DNA of 64,000 nucleotides from Octopus sinensis (Eukaryota). Shown here one piece after another: positions 50,968 through 63,562 of the stretch. Position numbers and translations under genes: made by a program. Positions within the stretch are counted from its first letter, which is position 1, and each line of letters starts with the position of its first letter. The stretch covers positions 28,768,001 to 28,832,000 of the forward strand of contig NC_043006.1 of NCBI RefSeq assembly GCF_006345805.1, read 5' to 3'. The notes under the pieces are model-generated. The model had not been told where the DNA came from. It was given only the letters and a program-made list of their open reading frames with translations, and searched no databases.

Positions 50968-52895
50968 GGTTAATATAGGGCGTAACAAATATCAGAAAAT
51001 CAAAAAAAAAATGTGTGTAATAGGTGTAAAACAACTTCCTATGAACGAATATGAAAAAAAACATTCGCGCACGCGAAAGGGGGGTGGGGGAGAGGCCTCG
51101 GAAAATTCACATCGGGAAGTTCCGAAAGCGTCTGAGGGGCTGACCCGGGCACCAAAACAAAAAAAAAAATAGTGTAATATGTGTAAAACAACTTGCTCTA
51201 AACGAATATAAAAAAAAAATGCGCTCTCGCGAAAGAGGGGTGGGGGAGAGGCCTCGGAATATTTATATCGGGAATTTCCGAAAGCGTCTGAACCGGGCAC
51301 AAAAACAAAAACAAAAACAGCGTAATAGGTGTAAAACAACTTGCTCTAAACGACTATCATGAAAAAAATGCGCGCTCGCGAAGGGGGGTGGGGGAGAGGC
51401 TTCGGAAATTTCACATCTTCAGTCCACGGCCTTTAAACTAAGAAAAAATAGTGTAATTGGTATAAAACTACTTGTTCTAAACGAGTATCAAGAACACACA
51501 CTCACACATGAATCATAACTCCGTATTTCGCAAAAAAAAATAATAAAGAGAAGAAATTCTGGAAAAAGTGAAGAAATGTTGGATCTCCGCCATGTGAATC
51601 AAAATACGTGTCAGAAACATCTTGAAATACTACAGAAATTATGTTACGAAAATGATAATGTATACATACCTCTTTGAGTGGTCCATCGATAATGATGATA
51701 AAGAAATGAGTTGGATTTGAACTCAGAATATTGACTAACACAACAACTACATACTACAAGACTCAAAATATTCAGCCAAGTCACCACCCTTTAACTAGCA
51801 ATAATAATAACATCAATAACATAACAGCCAAAAGATTTATTTGTTCTGAAAATAACAATCATAGTAAATAAATATGTTCTTTAATATTCACATTCATGTG
51901 CACAGTTAAACACACTTACATACAAACAGTCACGCATGCATAATACAGAACGGAACACATAAATGAAGGATGCATTACTTAGTATATATTACATCTAGAG
52001 AATTTTGATTAATAAGTCAAATATGCAAATTATAAAGATAATTAATTGCTTTACTAAACTGTGTTGTAAAGGTGAAAAAATAAATTTGGGAAAAAAATAC
52101 ACGCCAAAACTAATTAATAAAGGATAATTAGGGAAGGATTGACACAAAATAATAATTTTTTCTGTCTCTTTTTTTCTGATAAATGCATCTTAATAAGTGA
52201 GAAGAATTGCATATATCTGAACTATTTCAAAGAAAAGCATAAATTTAATGTTTAAAATAGCTTTAACCAAGGAATGAGATCCAACATTTCTTCACTTTTT
52301 TCCAGAATTTCTTCTCTTTATTTTTTTTTTTGCGAAATACGGAGTTTATGATTCATGTGTGAGTGTGTGTTCTTGATACTCGTTTAGAACAAGTAGTTTT
52401 ACACCAATTACACTATTTTTTCTTAGTTTAAAGGCCGTGGACTGAAGATGTGAAATTTCCGAAGCCTCTCCCCCACCCCCCTTTCGCGAGCGCGCATTTT
52501 TTTCATGATAGTCGTTTAGAGCAAGTTGTTTTACACCTATTACGCTGTTTTTGTTTTTGTTTTTGTGCCCGGTTCAGACGCTTTCGGAAATTCCCGATAT
52601 AAATATTCCGAGGCCTCTCCCCCACCCCTCTTTCTCGAGAGCGCATTTTTTTTTTCATATTCGTTAGAGCAAGTTGTTTTACACATATTACACTATTTTT
52701 TTTTTGTTTTGGTGCCCGGGTCAGCCCCTCAGACGCTTTCGGAACTTCCGATGTGAATTTTCCGAGGCCTCTCCCCCACCCCCCTTTCGCGTGCGCGAAT
52801 GTTTTTTTTCATATTCGTTCATAGGAAGTTGTTTTACACCTATTACACACATTTTTTTTTTGATTTTCTGATATTTGTTACGCCCTATATTAACC
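50968..52895. mobile_element. 1.93-kb Merlin-like foldback element (family C) with 620-bp TIRs
   Basis: Arms 50968-51587 and 52276-52895; ends GGTTAATATAGGGCG / CGCCCTATATTAACC; perfect 8-bp TSD CAATAATA; ~130-160-bp subrepeats in each arm. Confidence 0.93.
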
Positions 52896-53349
52896 CAATA
52901 ATATACATACATGTATAACATATTATGCTTTACATATAAGATATTAAATATATTAATATATAAGGATACCAGTAATTATTACAAAATAACATACATGAAT
53001 ATATATATGCACACGGAAAATATAGGGTAGCGAGTTTTTTTTTAGAAATTTCACTACCAGTGGCCTAGCATGTATATAAAGTCAATAGACAATATATTCT
53101 CATTGTGTACATTTAAACACAAGAGAAACAGCCTTCAACAGGCAGTTTTACCAGCTAGAAAAAGTAGTTAAAATGACCAAAACCACATTTAAGAGCAATT
53201 TTTAAAAGGAATGAAAAATAAAAACTTTTACCTTATTTTATTCCGGTCAAACCTAGGTTTCAAATTTTTTTTACCAAGTAAAATAATTTGCTAGGCGAAA
53301 TTCTCATCAGTGACTTCACCATAACTAACATATATGTGTGTATGTGTGT

Positions 53350-53395
<46 letters not shown>

Positions 53396-53819
53396 ATGTA
53401 TGTATGTTAGGCATGTATTTGTCTTATGTTTGTCCCTTACCCCTGACAGACAGCTGGTGCTGGTTTCTTTACGAAGCCGTAACCTAGCGGTTCGGCAAAA
53501 AACTTTGAAAAGAGTACTTTGGTCGATTTTTTCGACTAAACACTTCACAGTGGTGCCCCAGCATGGCCGCTGTGCAGTGATTAAAACAAGTAAAAGATAA
53601 CATATTACATCCATATGACGCAGGTATAGTCAAGTGTTTAAGAAGTTTGTTTTACAATCACTTGAGTTTTAAGTTCGATATCATGGGACGGCACTTTGAA
53701 AAACAAATGTTTTCTGCTGTAGCCTCTGGCTAATCGATGCCGTGCAACAGAAATTCGCGGAACCCTATTGTGAATATAAATACATGCACATGCACGCACG
53801 CGCACACACACACATGCAC

Positions 53820-53873
<54 letters not shown>

Positions 53874-54200
53874 GAGAAAGGCCAGCAAGTCTATGATTAG
53901 CATGGCCCGTAATAATTCTGATGATTTCGGATAAACATTGCTTTAAATTGATTTAATATAAATTAATTTATATTGATTAATTCTGGAATTAATAACATTT
54001 ATTCCTAATGAAACAGCTGTTAAAAGTAAATATGATATATTATCTGTGAAATTTATGTTTTTCTGGCTCTTTTATTCAATTATACGTTGCTCTTCAGCAT
54101 TGTTTTTTAGCAAGCTTTTCTTTCGTCTGAATTTACTGTGATGTCGTAACATGTTCGAGTTTAACGACTTATTATTAATTGAGCTCTTAATCACTGTAGA

Positions 54201-55666
54201 TCTATAATATAAATCTCGTTCTGTCTGTGCGTGTGTATGTAAAAGATTATAACGGTCGTATTTTTCAACTGATTTTCTCCAAACTGGGAACATACATTAC
54301 TTATGTTCCAGGGATGGTGTTACACTCTTAAAGCTTTTCACATAATGAGTAACGGGGCCCCTGGGGGCAAAAAACTTCCGTTCCTGGGTTACGTGGAGAA
54401 GGGATGTAACTCTTTGCGAAGTAACTTCCAGAAATTGATTGTCTCCCTTACATCCATTGGTCATAAAAAAATATTGCTTTTTATATTAGATTCACATCTT
54501 TGAAAGTTTTTTAAAATATTTACTTCCGGTTTTCTAGCGTCAATGACATCCATATCTATCTATATCTCTCTATCCATCTCTCTCTCTATATATATCTATC
54601 TATCTCTTTGTATCTATCTGTATCTCTCCTGTCTATGTATGTCTATCTTATTTTTCTAACTAGCTACCTCTCTCTCTCCCCCCTCTCTCTATAACTCAAT
54701 CACTCTCTGTTGTTTTCACTTTCCATTTTCAGACGCTATTGCTTTCACTTGAAGTTCAATCGCTATTGTTTCCACTGTAAGTTTTCAATCACTATTTACA
54801 AATAACAGCGACAAATTACTGACAGAAAGAAGTTCACAATTACTGATGAAAGTAATTTCATACATAATTTACTGACAGAAGTAACTTCAAAAATTTCACT
54901 TAAATTCGTACGCTTATTTAATTTCCCTAAAAATTCCTTATTTACTTTTGCAACGGTTTTGTGTTTTTCTGTTGTTAACGGCTTTCTTCTGGCCCCTTCG
55001 ATACTGGCTCTTTGGTTCACTAACAAATTTCGCTTCAACCCGTACAATTTATATTTTCCGTAAAAATTTCTTATTTACTTTCTGTCTGTCATATTAAGAA
55101 ATATAATTTCCGTTACCCAGTTATTTTCATTGTTTACTATATTCTGCACCCATGTATTTCTGTACACGTATATAAACATGCCTAGACGGAAAGTGCCAAC
55201 ATTGTCTATAATGCTAAGGTCAGCCAAAAGAATGTCTCTGTTCAGGGAAGAAGAGACAGCTGCAGAAAGGGTAGCATACCAAGAAATGAACAGACTGTGC
55301 ACTACAAAATCCAGAGCATTTCAAAATCATCGAATTGGCTCTCTACTACCTTTTTTGAATCACTACCTTAGTTTGAATCATCAAACTCGGCTTTCATGTT
55401 TATAATCTGCTCTTGTTTTTTGGTTACGAAATAAGCTACACAAAACGTGTTTTTGAATTACATGAATTTACTTTATATACATATGAGTTGAAAGCTTTCT
55501 TTTAATATTTCAGTTAACGTCTATGTTCCATGCTGGCATGGGTTGGAGAGTTATTAATGCAGAAGGCTGGTATCCCAGCTACTAGCAGTTCAGACCTGCG
55601 TAATCTAGACAGCGTTTTTAAATTTTATTATTTTTTAACCCGGGCAACGCCGGGTATTTCTGCTAA
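54201..55666 (+). mobile_element. Non-autonomous Helitron (~1.47 kb)
   Basis: A|TCTATAATATAAA 5' end; hairpin CCCGGGCAACGCCGGG (55639-55654), then CTAA|T (CTRR). Confidence 0.72.
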
Positions 55667-56367
55667 TGTATTATATGATGTTTTATACATAATTTCTTTT
55701 TAAATGGGCCAAGAATATGGTTGTTTCTTTTTCTGTAGCAATGACAAGGAGATGAGGTGTTTTGGAAATGTACCGGAGACTCTTTGAGAAATGGAAAAGA
55801 AGGCTCGACTGTTATTTGGACTGGGAAATAACTTCCAGGGTGTGCGATAACCGAATGCAATTTTTACTCTCTTGATTACCTTGTAGACGTTGTGGAGGTG
55901 TTAAATGCATCAAGTTACTGCTGTCGTATTCGTTCGTAATCTTCGTAGTCGTCATTGCCATCATCATTATCATCATCATCGCCTTGAATCCCCGCAAATT
56001 GAGCAAGCACCCAGCATTGTAGTTGTCTATTTGGTAAGAGTTTTACGCAATGTCTTTGCGTAAGGAAGGCATTATTCTGAATTTTCTGAAATTTTTCTGA
56101 GTACTTAGGATATGTGCATCATACATTTGAGTTATATGGAGGTGTTGTTTAGCCCCGAAGTCAGCCCTGATCTTGTTAGATCTTTGAACAAAAAACATTC
56201 CGGCCATGACCAACCCGTGTTTTTGTATGTGCAAGGAACCCGGGACTATACTATCCAATGACATCTTGAGATGTAATTTGAGAGAGTTTTGGATACTATA
56301 TCTAGCAGATAGAAGGACCACATAGAGGCTCTCTCGTTGGTTCCCATCTCTAGGTATATATATAATC

Positions 56368-56988
56368 TTTTCTACTATAGGCACAAGGCCTGAAATTTTT
56401 TCGGGGAGAGAATAGTCTATTACATCGACCCTAGTGCTTGACTGATACTCTTTTCATCGACATCGAAAGGATGAAAGGCAAAGATGACCTCGGCAGAATT
56501 TGAACTCAGAACGTAAAGACGGACGAAATACCACCAAGCATTTCGACCATTGTGCTAACGATTCTGCCAACTCGCCGCCTTTAAGTTCATATATAATCCT
56601 TTCTACTATAGGCACAAGGCCTGAAATTTCGGGAAGAGGGATAGTTGATTACATCGACCCCAATACACAACTGGTATTTATCGACCCCAAAAGGATGAAA
56701 AATAAAGTCAACTTCGGCAGAATTTGAACTCAGAATGTACCGGCAAACAAAATACCTATTTCTTTACTACTCACAAGGGGCTAACCACAGAGAGAACAAA
56801 CACGGACAGACAAACGGATTAAGTCGATTATATCGACCCCAGTGCGTAACTGGTACTTATTTAATCGACCCCGAAAGGATGAAAGGCAAAGTCGACCTCG
56901 GCGGAATTTGAACTCAGAACGTAACGGCAGACGAAATACGGCTACGCATTTCGCCCAGTGTGCTAACGATTCTGCCAGCTCACCAGCT
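56368..56988 (-). mobile_element. Cluster of S3 SINEs (dimer plus monomer)
   Basis: Three S3 bodies, two heads (ending ~56579 and ~56985). Confidence 0.85.
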
Positions 56989-57301
56989 AGTATATATGAA
57001 CCTATTAGGTTTAAATATAATAGTAAATATTCGCGTGAGTGGGGGTGAGTACATGTGTGTGTGTTATTTATCGACTTAAATATATTTAGCAGAGCAACAG
57101 CTCCTAGTAAAGTAGGTGACAAGCTTATTTTTTAGCAATAGTATTGAAATAATTGCTTTAGTCAAACACTGAACAATTACAACAGTTTACATATTTTTAC
57201 GGTATCATTAATTTGCTTAAATTGAAGGAATGCAGACGACCCAAATTTGAGTTTTACTTTAGATTAAATAGTTTTGTGACATAATCTAGTAATAATGGTT
57301 T

Positions 57302-57484
57302 CAAATTTTGGCACAATGCCAGCAATTTTAAAGGAGTGGCAAGTCGATTACATCGATCCCAGTGCTCAATAGTTACTTATTCTATTAACTTCGAAAGGAT
57401 GAAGGACAAAGTTGACCACGGTAGAATTCGAACTCAGAACGTAGAGTTGGAAGAAATGCCACCAAGCATATTGTCCGCTGCCTT
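57302..57484 (-). mobile_element. Old S3 SINE with 21-bp TSD
   Basis: ATAATCTAGTAATAATGGTTT at 57281-57301 and 57485-57505. Confidence 0.75.
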
Positions 57485-57589
57485 ATAATCTAGTAATAAT
57501 GGTTTGTAACTCAGTGACCACTGCTTATAACCAATACAGTGCTGCTTGTTTGTTTGTTGAGCGAAGCGGTCTTCTTCCCATGTCTGTTG

Positions 57590-57916
57590 TGGGAGAAGTC
57601 CGAAGCGTGGTCCTTTGCTATTCGTGAGACCCGCAGAAGAGAAAGCAGGTCAACCCCCGACACCGAGAGCATCGACAGATGATTGAATGCACATCCAGGC
57701 TCAACGGTTGCGTAGGAAGTCGGGGACAAGAAACAGGGAGAGAGAGTGAGAGAAGGTTGGGGCGAAAGAATACAACAGGGGTCTCCACCACGCCCAGCCG
57801 GAGCCTCGTGGAGCTTTAGATGTTTTCGCTCAGTAAACACACACAACACCCGGTCTGGGAAACGAAACCGCGATCCTCCGACCCCGAGTCCTAACCACTG
57901 GGCCATTGCGCCTCCA
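57590..57916 (-). mobile_element. SINE family S2
   Basis: Head CCACTGGGCCATTGCGCCTCC as read on the plus strand. Confidence 0.82.
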
Positions 57917-58176
57917 TCATCAGTGCTGCTCAAAGCGGGCGGTACTGCTCCGTGAAGGCGATGGAAAATTTTTTATGGGTGCTGAGAACATAGAAGGCAG
58001 TAGTGGGAGATAAATGTATCTGTTGTTTTTCTTTAGTTTTTGCTTCCAATTTAAATATCAACTTTAAAATTGTTGTGCTATGATAAACTGCTAGACAGTA
58101 ACATCTTCAGTGATAATAATTATCGTTGAAATGTGAATAAGTAAATAAGCATAACTGAATATATTCCACTTTTGCA

Positions 58177-58556
58177 TACACTTTTACTTGTTTCAGTAAT
58201 TTGACTGCGGCCATGCTGGAGCACCGCCTTTTAGTCGAGCAAATCGACCCCGGGACTTATTCTTTGTAAGCCTAGTACTTATTCTATCGGTCTCTTTTGC
58301 CGAACCGCTAGATGACGGGGACGTAAACACAACAGCATCGGTTGTTAAGCGATGTTTGGGGGACAAACACAGACACACACACATATATATATATACATAT
58401 ATACGACGGGTTTCCTTCTCACCAAATCCTCTCACAAGGCTTTGGTCGGCCCGAGGCTGTAGTAGAAGACACTTGCCCAAGGTGCCACGCAGTGGGACTG
58501 AACTGGAATGATGTGGTTGATAAGCAAGCTACTTACCACACAGCCACTCCTGCGCC
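58177..58556 (-). mobile_element. SINE family S1
   Basis: Near-identical to 7455-7899. Confidence 0.88.
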
Positions 58557-58849
58557 TAAATACTAAACAATAAACTAATATATAATTCGTTTTGGGAGCG
58601 ATGAAACTCGAAGGAGATAAAGCTATAAATAATAAGATTGGATTAAAAACCGTTCGGATAGAAAATGTTGAAGACTTTTTTAAACGAAGTTTTATCTACT
58701 TCGAATTTCATTGTTCCAAAAAGAATTATTCCATGTCACGAGAAGTTTCAAAATTCTTATGACTCGAACAAAAATATAAATGTAATAACAAAGACGGCCA
58801 TTGCACTTGTAGCATTTGGTAAAGTCCTGATTTATGCATACACATATAT

Positions 58850-59627
58850 ATTTCTTTATTACCCACGAGGGGCTAAACATAGAGGGGACAATCAAGGACA
58901 GACAAAGGGATTAAGTCGATTACATCGACCCCAGTGCGAAACTAGTACTTTATTTATCGAACCCGAAAAGCTGAAAGGCAAAGTTGACCTCGGCGGAATT
59001 TGAACTCGGAACGTAACGACAGACGAAATACCTATTCCTTTATAACCCACAAGGAGCTAAACATAGAAGGGACAAACAGGAACAGAAAAACGGATTAAGT
59101 CGATTACATCGATCCCAGTGTGTAACTGGTACTTAATTTATCGACCCCGAAAAGAGGAAAGGCAAAGTCGACCTCGGCGGAATTCGAACTCAGAACGTAA
59201 CGGCAGACGAAATACCTATTTCTTTATTACCCGTAAGGGGCTAAACACAGAGAGGACAACAAAGGACAGACAAAGGGATTAAGTCGATTATATCGACCCC
59301 AGTGCGTAACTGATACTTAATTTATCGACCCCGAAAGGATGAAAGGCAAAGTCGACCTAGGCGGAATTTGAAATCAGAACGTAACGACAGACTAAATACC
59401 TATTTCTTTATAACCCACAATGGGCTAAACACAGAGGGGACAAACAAGGGCAGACATAAGTATTAAGTCGATTACATCGATCCCAGAGCGTAACTGGTAC
59501 TTAATTTATCGACCCCGAAAGGATGAAAGGCAAAGTCGACCTCGGCGGAATTCGAACTCAGAACGTAACGACAGACGAAATACCGCTAAGCATTTCGCCC
59601 GGCGTGCTAACGTTTCTGCCAGCTCGC
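58850..59627 (-). mobile_element. S3 SINE tetramer (~184-bp units)
   Basis: Units start at ~58851, 59035, 59218, 59402; one head at the right end. Confidence 0.9.
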
Positions 59628-60877
59628 ATACGCATATATGCATACGTATATATGGTGTATGAGAAAGCGCATGATTCAGTGGCTAGAACGTCAGGCTTAC
59701 AATCGTGAAGTTGTGAGTTCGATTCGGGACTGTGTTGTGGGTTCTTGAGCAAGACGCTTTATCTTACTTGCTCCAGTTCACTCAGCTGTAGAAATGAGTT
59801 GTGACGTCACTGGTGCTAAGCCGTATTGGCTTTTGCCTTTCTTTTGGTCAACATCAGTGGTGTGAAGAGGGGAGACTGGTATGCATGGACGACAGCTGGT
59901 CTTCCACAAACAACCTTGCCTGGACTTGTTCCTCGGAAGGGATGCAATCATGTGGTCATTTGTGATCGAAGTGGGGTTTAACCCTATATGTGGTATGCTT
60001 GAAAAGTATTTGAATACACCAGCAACTATAACTATAAAGAGCGTAAAAGTGAAATAATTGGTTTTCGGTGAAATTATAAAATTTCCGTTTTGTTGAGCGA
60101 AGTACACCCAAAGAGGCGGTCGTGTTTGCCAAAGATCAGATAAAAATGATTAAGTTTAATTCAAATTTAACTAAAATTTCCAGTTATCGCCCCTTTCCTT
60201 TTACCCGATTTAATTACCATTTATCAGTGAGGTTACGTTTCCTTCTCCTCTTCTAACTTTCATTCATTGACTTACATTGAATATATTAGTACTCAACAAC
60301 TGAGTTTCTTGCAGATTATGTCCATAATTATTTCAGTTTTTCTCAATCATTATCTATAAGATTATCCTATTCCCTTCATCTGATCACCCTCTCTCTTTCT
60401 TTCTTTCTTTCATTCATTCATTTTTCTTTTCTTTCTTTCTCACTACGACTTCTCTCTCGTATCGTAGTTGATGACAATATTTACTTAGTGAAAATTGTGA
60501 ATGCTTACGATCCCAGTCTGACATCATACATATTTGTTTTGATAAGCAAGGCCTCATCGGAAGACAAATATCCAATGCTGTTATGAAATAATTGATGCTA
60601 AATTCGCGGGTCAAAGGTGTTCAAGCTGTTATCGTACCCTCTTTGTTTAAGAAATTCTATATTTGGGTGTACGTTTTCCTATGTGTACGTGTCACGTTCT
60701 CTATTTAAGGTGATACGGCGTGGTTCCAGAAATAGACTACCATTTCTATCAGGTAGAGCAACTATACAGCGGCTCTTTATTACATGGTAAAGTAGTCGTT
60801 CCTTACCCTGACAAAAACTAAAAAAAATATTAAACAAACATTTAGATCTGTTCAAATATGTTCGAAAAACATATCTG

Positions 60878-61289
60878 GGATCTTTTCGGTTTGAACGGCA
60901 GTTTTTTCTAGCGGTGTCATATGAAATTGTCACCCATAATTATGACCTTAGTATCGATCTATTGTATTTCAATCTATTTTAGGGTTAGGGTTAGTTAGGG
61001 GTAGGGTATCTTTTTTTCTTCACAAATGTAAATGAACCCAATCTGTTTCTTAAACGAGGGACATATTCATACGGCACAGAATGTTGTTTATCTCAATGGA
61101 CGCCAGTGATTGGTTGAAATTGCAGAAATTGAAGAAAAAAAAACAAATATCTTACAAACTATAGAATTTTCTCAATAAATCCAAGAGAAAAAGATGTTTT
61201 ATAAACACATTCTACCAGTATACGAAGTTTAAAATTCTTTGGTTACCAAGAAATGATGTTAAAAACTGCCGTTCAAACCGAAAAGATCC
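60878..61289 (+). mobile_element. Merlin-like MITE family A (412 bp)
   Basis: TIR GGATCTTTTCGGTTTGAACGGCAGTTTTT; TSD CATATCTG/CATATTTG; internal TTTTAGGGTTAGGGTTAG. Confidence 0.9.
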
Positions 61290-61910
61290 CATATTTGAAC
61301 TGATCTAAATGTTTGTCTAATTCACAACGTGCTTTCACGTGCCTACTACATATTTTGTTCTATCCTATAAGTAATCAGTTCGTAATTGTACTGGTTTTCT
61401 ATAAGGAAACCATGATTTTCAGAGTCATTTCAGGGTTATTTCTTTTGTGATGCACAATGTTGATGATAGTCAAACAGCTTGAAATGCATTCATCATTCCA
61501 GCAGAAGGCGCTGTAAGAATTAGCACTTCCTTCTCTAAGCCTAGATTCGAAATCGAATCCAAGAATCATCGGTCGTCCAAACCAATGCAATTAAAGGCGC
61601 GGAAGTAAGAATCCCTTTGTTCTGTCAAAAAGTGATTGATCATCTCCCTTTGACCTGCGACCTAAGCCATGTCAGGCTAAGTTCAAATGGACAAGTGCTG
61701 ACCTAAATAAGCACTGTCTCTATTGCGATATGTCTGTTTTTCTAGCTGTCACAAATATTATAAATACAACGGGGAAAACAGAGAAGGGACAATCGCAGCG
61801 GAGACGACAGAGTATCTATCGACTACTGTTTCGAATGAAACACGCACAAACATATTCATTTTTAATATGTATTCTATACAAGCAATTCGTAGCATTTGGT
61901 TACATTTGTA

Positions 61911-62079
61911 TGTAGTGTACCTATAACCCTGTAAATAAATCCCTTTTTAATCATGAAACAGTTTATGTATTTGTTTACATACACACACATCCACTACATT
62001 TGGTGACCCCGACGTAATGATTCTTGGATTCGATTTCGAATCTAGGCTTAGAGAAGGAAGTGCTAATTCTTACAGCGCC
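61911..62079 (+). mobile_element. Short LTR, tRNA-Trp-type primer binding site and leader (Gypsy-like remnant)
   Basis: TGTAGTG...CACTACA (61911-61998) containing AATAAA; PBS TGGTGACCCCGACGT at 62001-62015. Confidence 0.72.
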
Positions 62080-63140
62080 ATGAAATGATTGTTACTGTTT
62101 TGATACCTATTGCTTAAAGCGAAAATTTTCTCTTTGGCAAACTGCAGAGAAAAGGGCACTTTTTACAGGTCATATATATATCCATGAACTAATCTAAATG
62201 TTTGTTTAATTCACAACACTACATTCACAAGCTACTACATAAAAGATATTAATTATCAATTATAAGCTGTTAAATGATTTCCAATCATTATAAAAAACAC
62301 TATTTTAATTCGGTGCTTAATTTAGTGAATAGTTAATATACTGATGATAGACAGTGTATGTGTGATATGCCGTGCTGACTGCGTGAATAATAATTCTTCT
62401 TCTTCTTCTTCTTATTATTATTATTATATATATATATCAGAAAATTAAGAAAACCAGGAGGATGACAGTTCATAGTGATTTGGCACAGACGTATAATTCA
62501 TACAGTAATGTTGATGAAGCAGGGGAATTTGAATGGCCTTTCATGTTGTTTCAATCCAGATATGTATGTGAAATACATGGGATCACTAGTGATACTCACG
62601 TAAGTAATAGATAAGAAAATGTGATTTCCTAGCCATTGCTAACTAAAAAACAACAACAACAACAACAACAAATTATGCTGTTCAGCAGTTAAAAAGAAAA
62701 GATCTGTAATAAATTTAATACATTTAAATATCCGTTTCGCTTATTCGGAATACCTAAATCCATTTTTGTATTTTCCCCGCATTGTTCTCAAATCGTCAGT
62801 GGATGTCATTTTATATCTATTAAGTTTGTGCGTTTGAAAGTAAAAATATTTATTAATTACTGTAATTAAGCTGGTTTTATTTGGGCCAGTGTTTATAGAG
62901 AAAATATGCTTAAAGAGATGTCATATGGAGAGATAACTACTGAATATAATAATTGACCACTTAAAACTTTATATTTTTGTTCTGCTCTGATTACATTATA
63001 CAAATACCCTAAATTTCACATGCCAGCGCTTCGTTCGTTTGATGAGAGATAACCTAATTCCCTTTAACTTACAGGGAGTGTCTTTTGTATATTATTTTCT
63101 CAATTCTTTTAGGACTTTTTAAAATATTTTTTGTAATATT

Positions 63141-63562
63141 GGATCTTTTCGGTTTGAACAGCAGTTTTTAACATAATTTCTAGGTAACTAAAAAATTTTT
63201 AACTTCGTATACTGGTAGAATGTGTCTATAAAACATCTTTTTCTCTTGGCTTTATTAAGAAAATTCTATAGTTTTTAAGATATTTGTTGGTTTTTTTCTT
63301 CAATTTCTGTAATTTCAACCAATCACTGACGTCTATTAAGGTAAAAAAAAACATTCTGTGCCGTGTGAATATGTCCCTCGTTTAAGAAACAGATTGGGTT
63401 TCTTTACATTTATGAAGAAAAAAGATACCCTTCCCCCACCCCTAACTAACCCTAACCCTAAAACAGATTGAAATGCAATAGATCGATACTAGGGTCATAA
63501 TTATGGGCGACAATTTCATATGACACCGCTAGAAAAAACTGCCGTTCAAACCGAAAAGATCC
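63141..63562 (-). mobile_element. Merlin-like MITE family A, opposite orientation to 60878-61289
   Basis: Same TIRs and body; flanks GTAATATT / CAGCAACT do not form a TSD. Confidence 0.88.

Noticed and set aside
55739-55850. Exon after a strong splice acceptor
   Set aside because: All frames from the acceptor stop early; FEKWKRRLD resembles a mariner C-terminal remnant.
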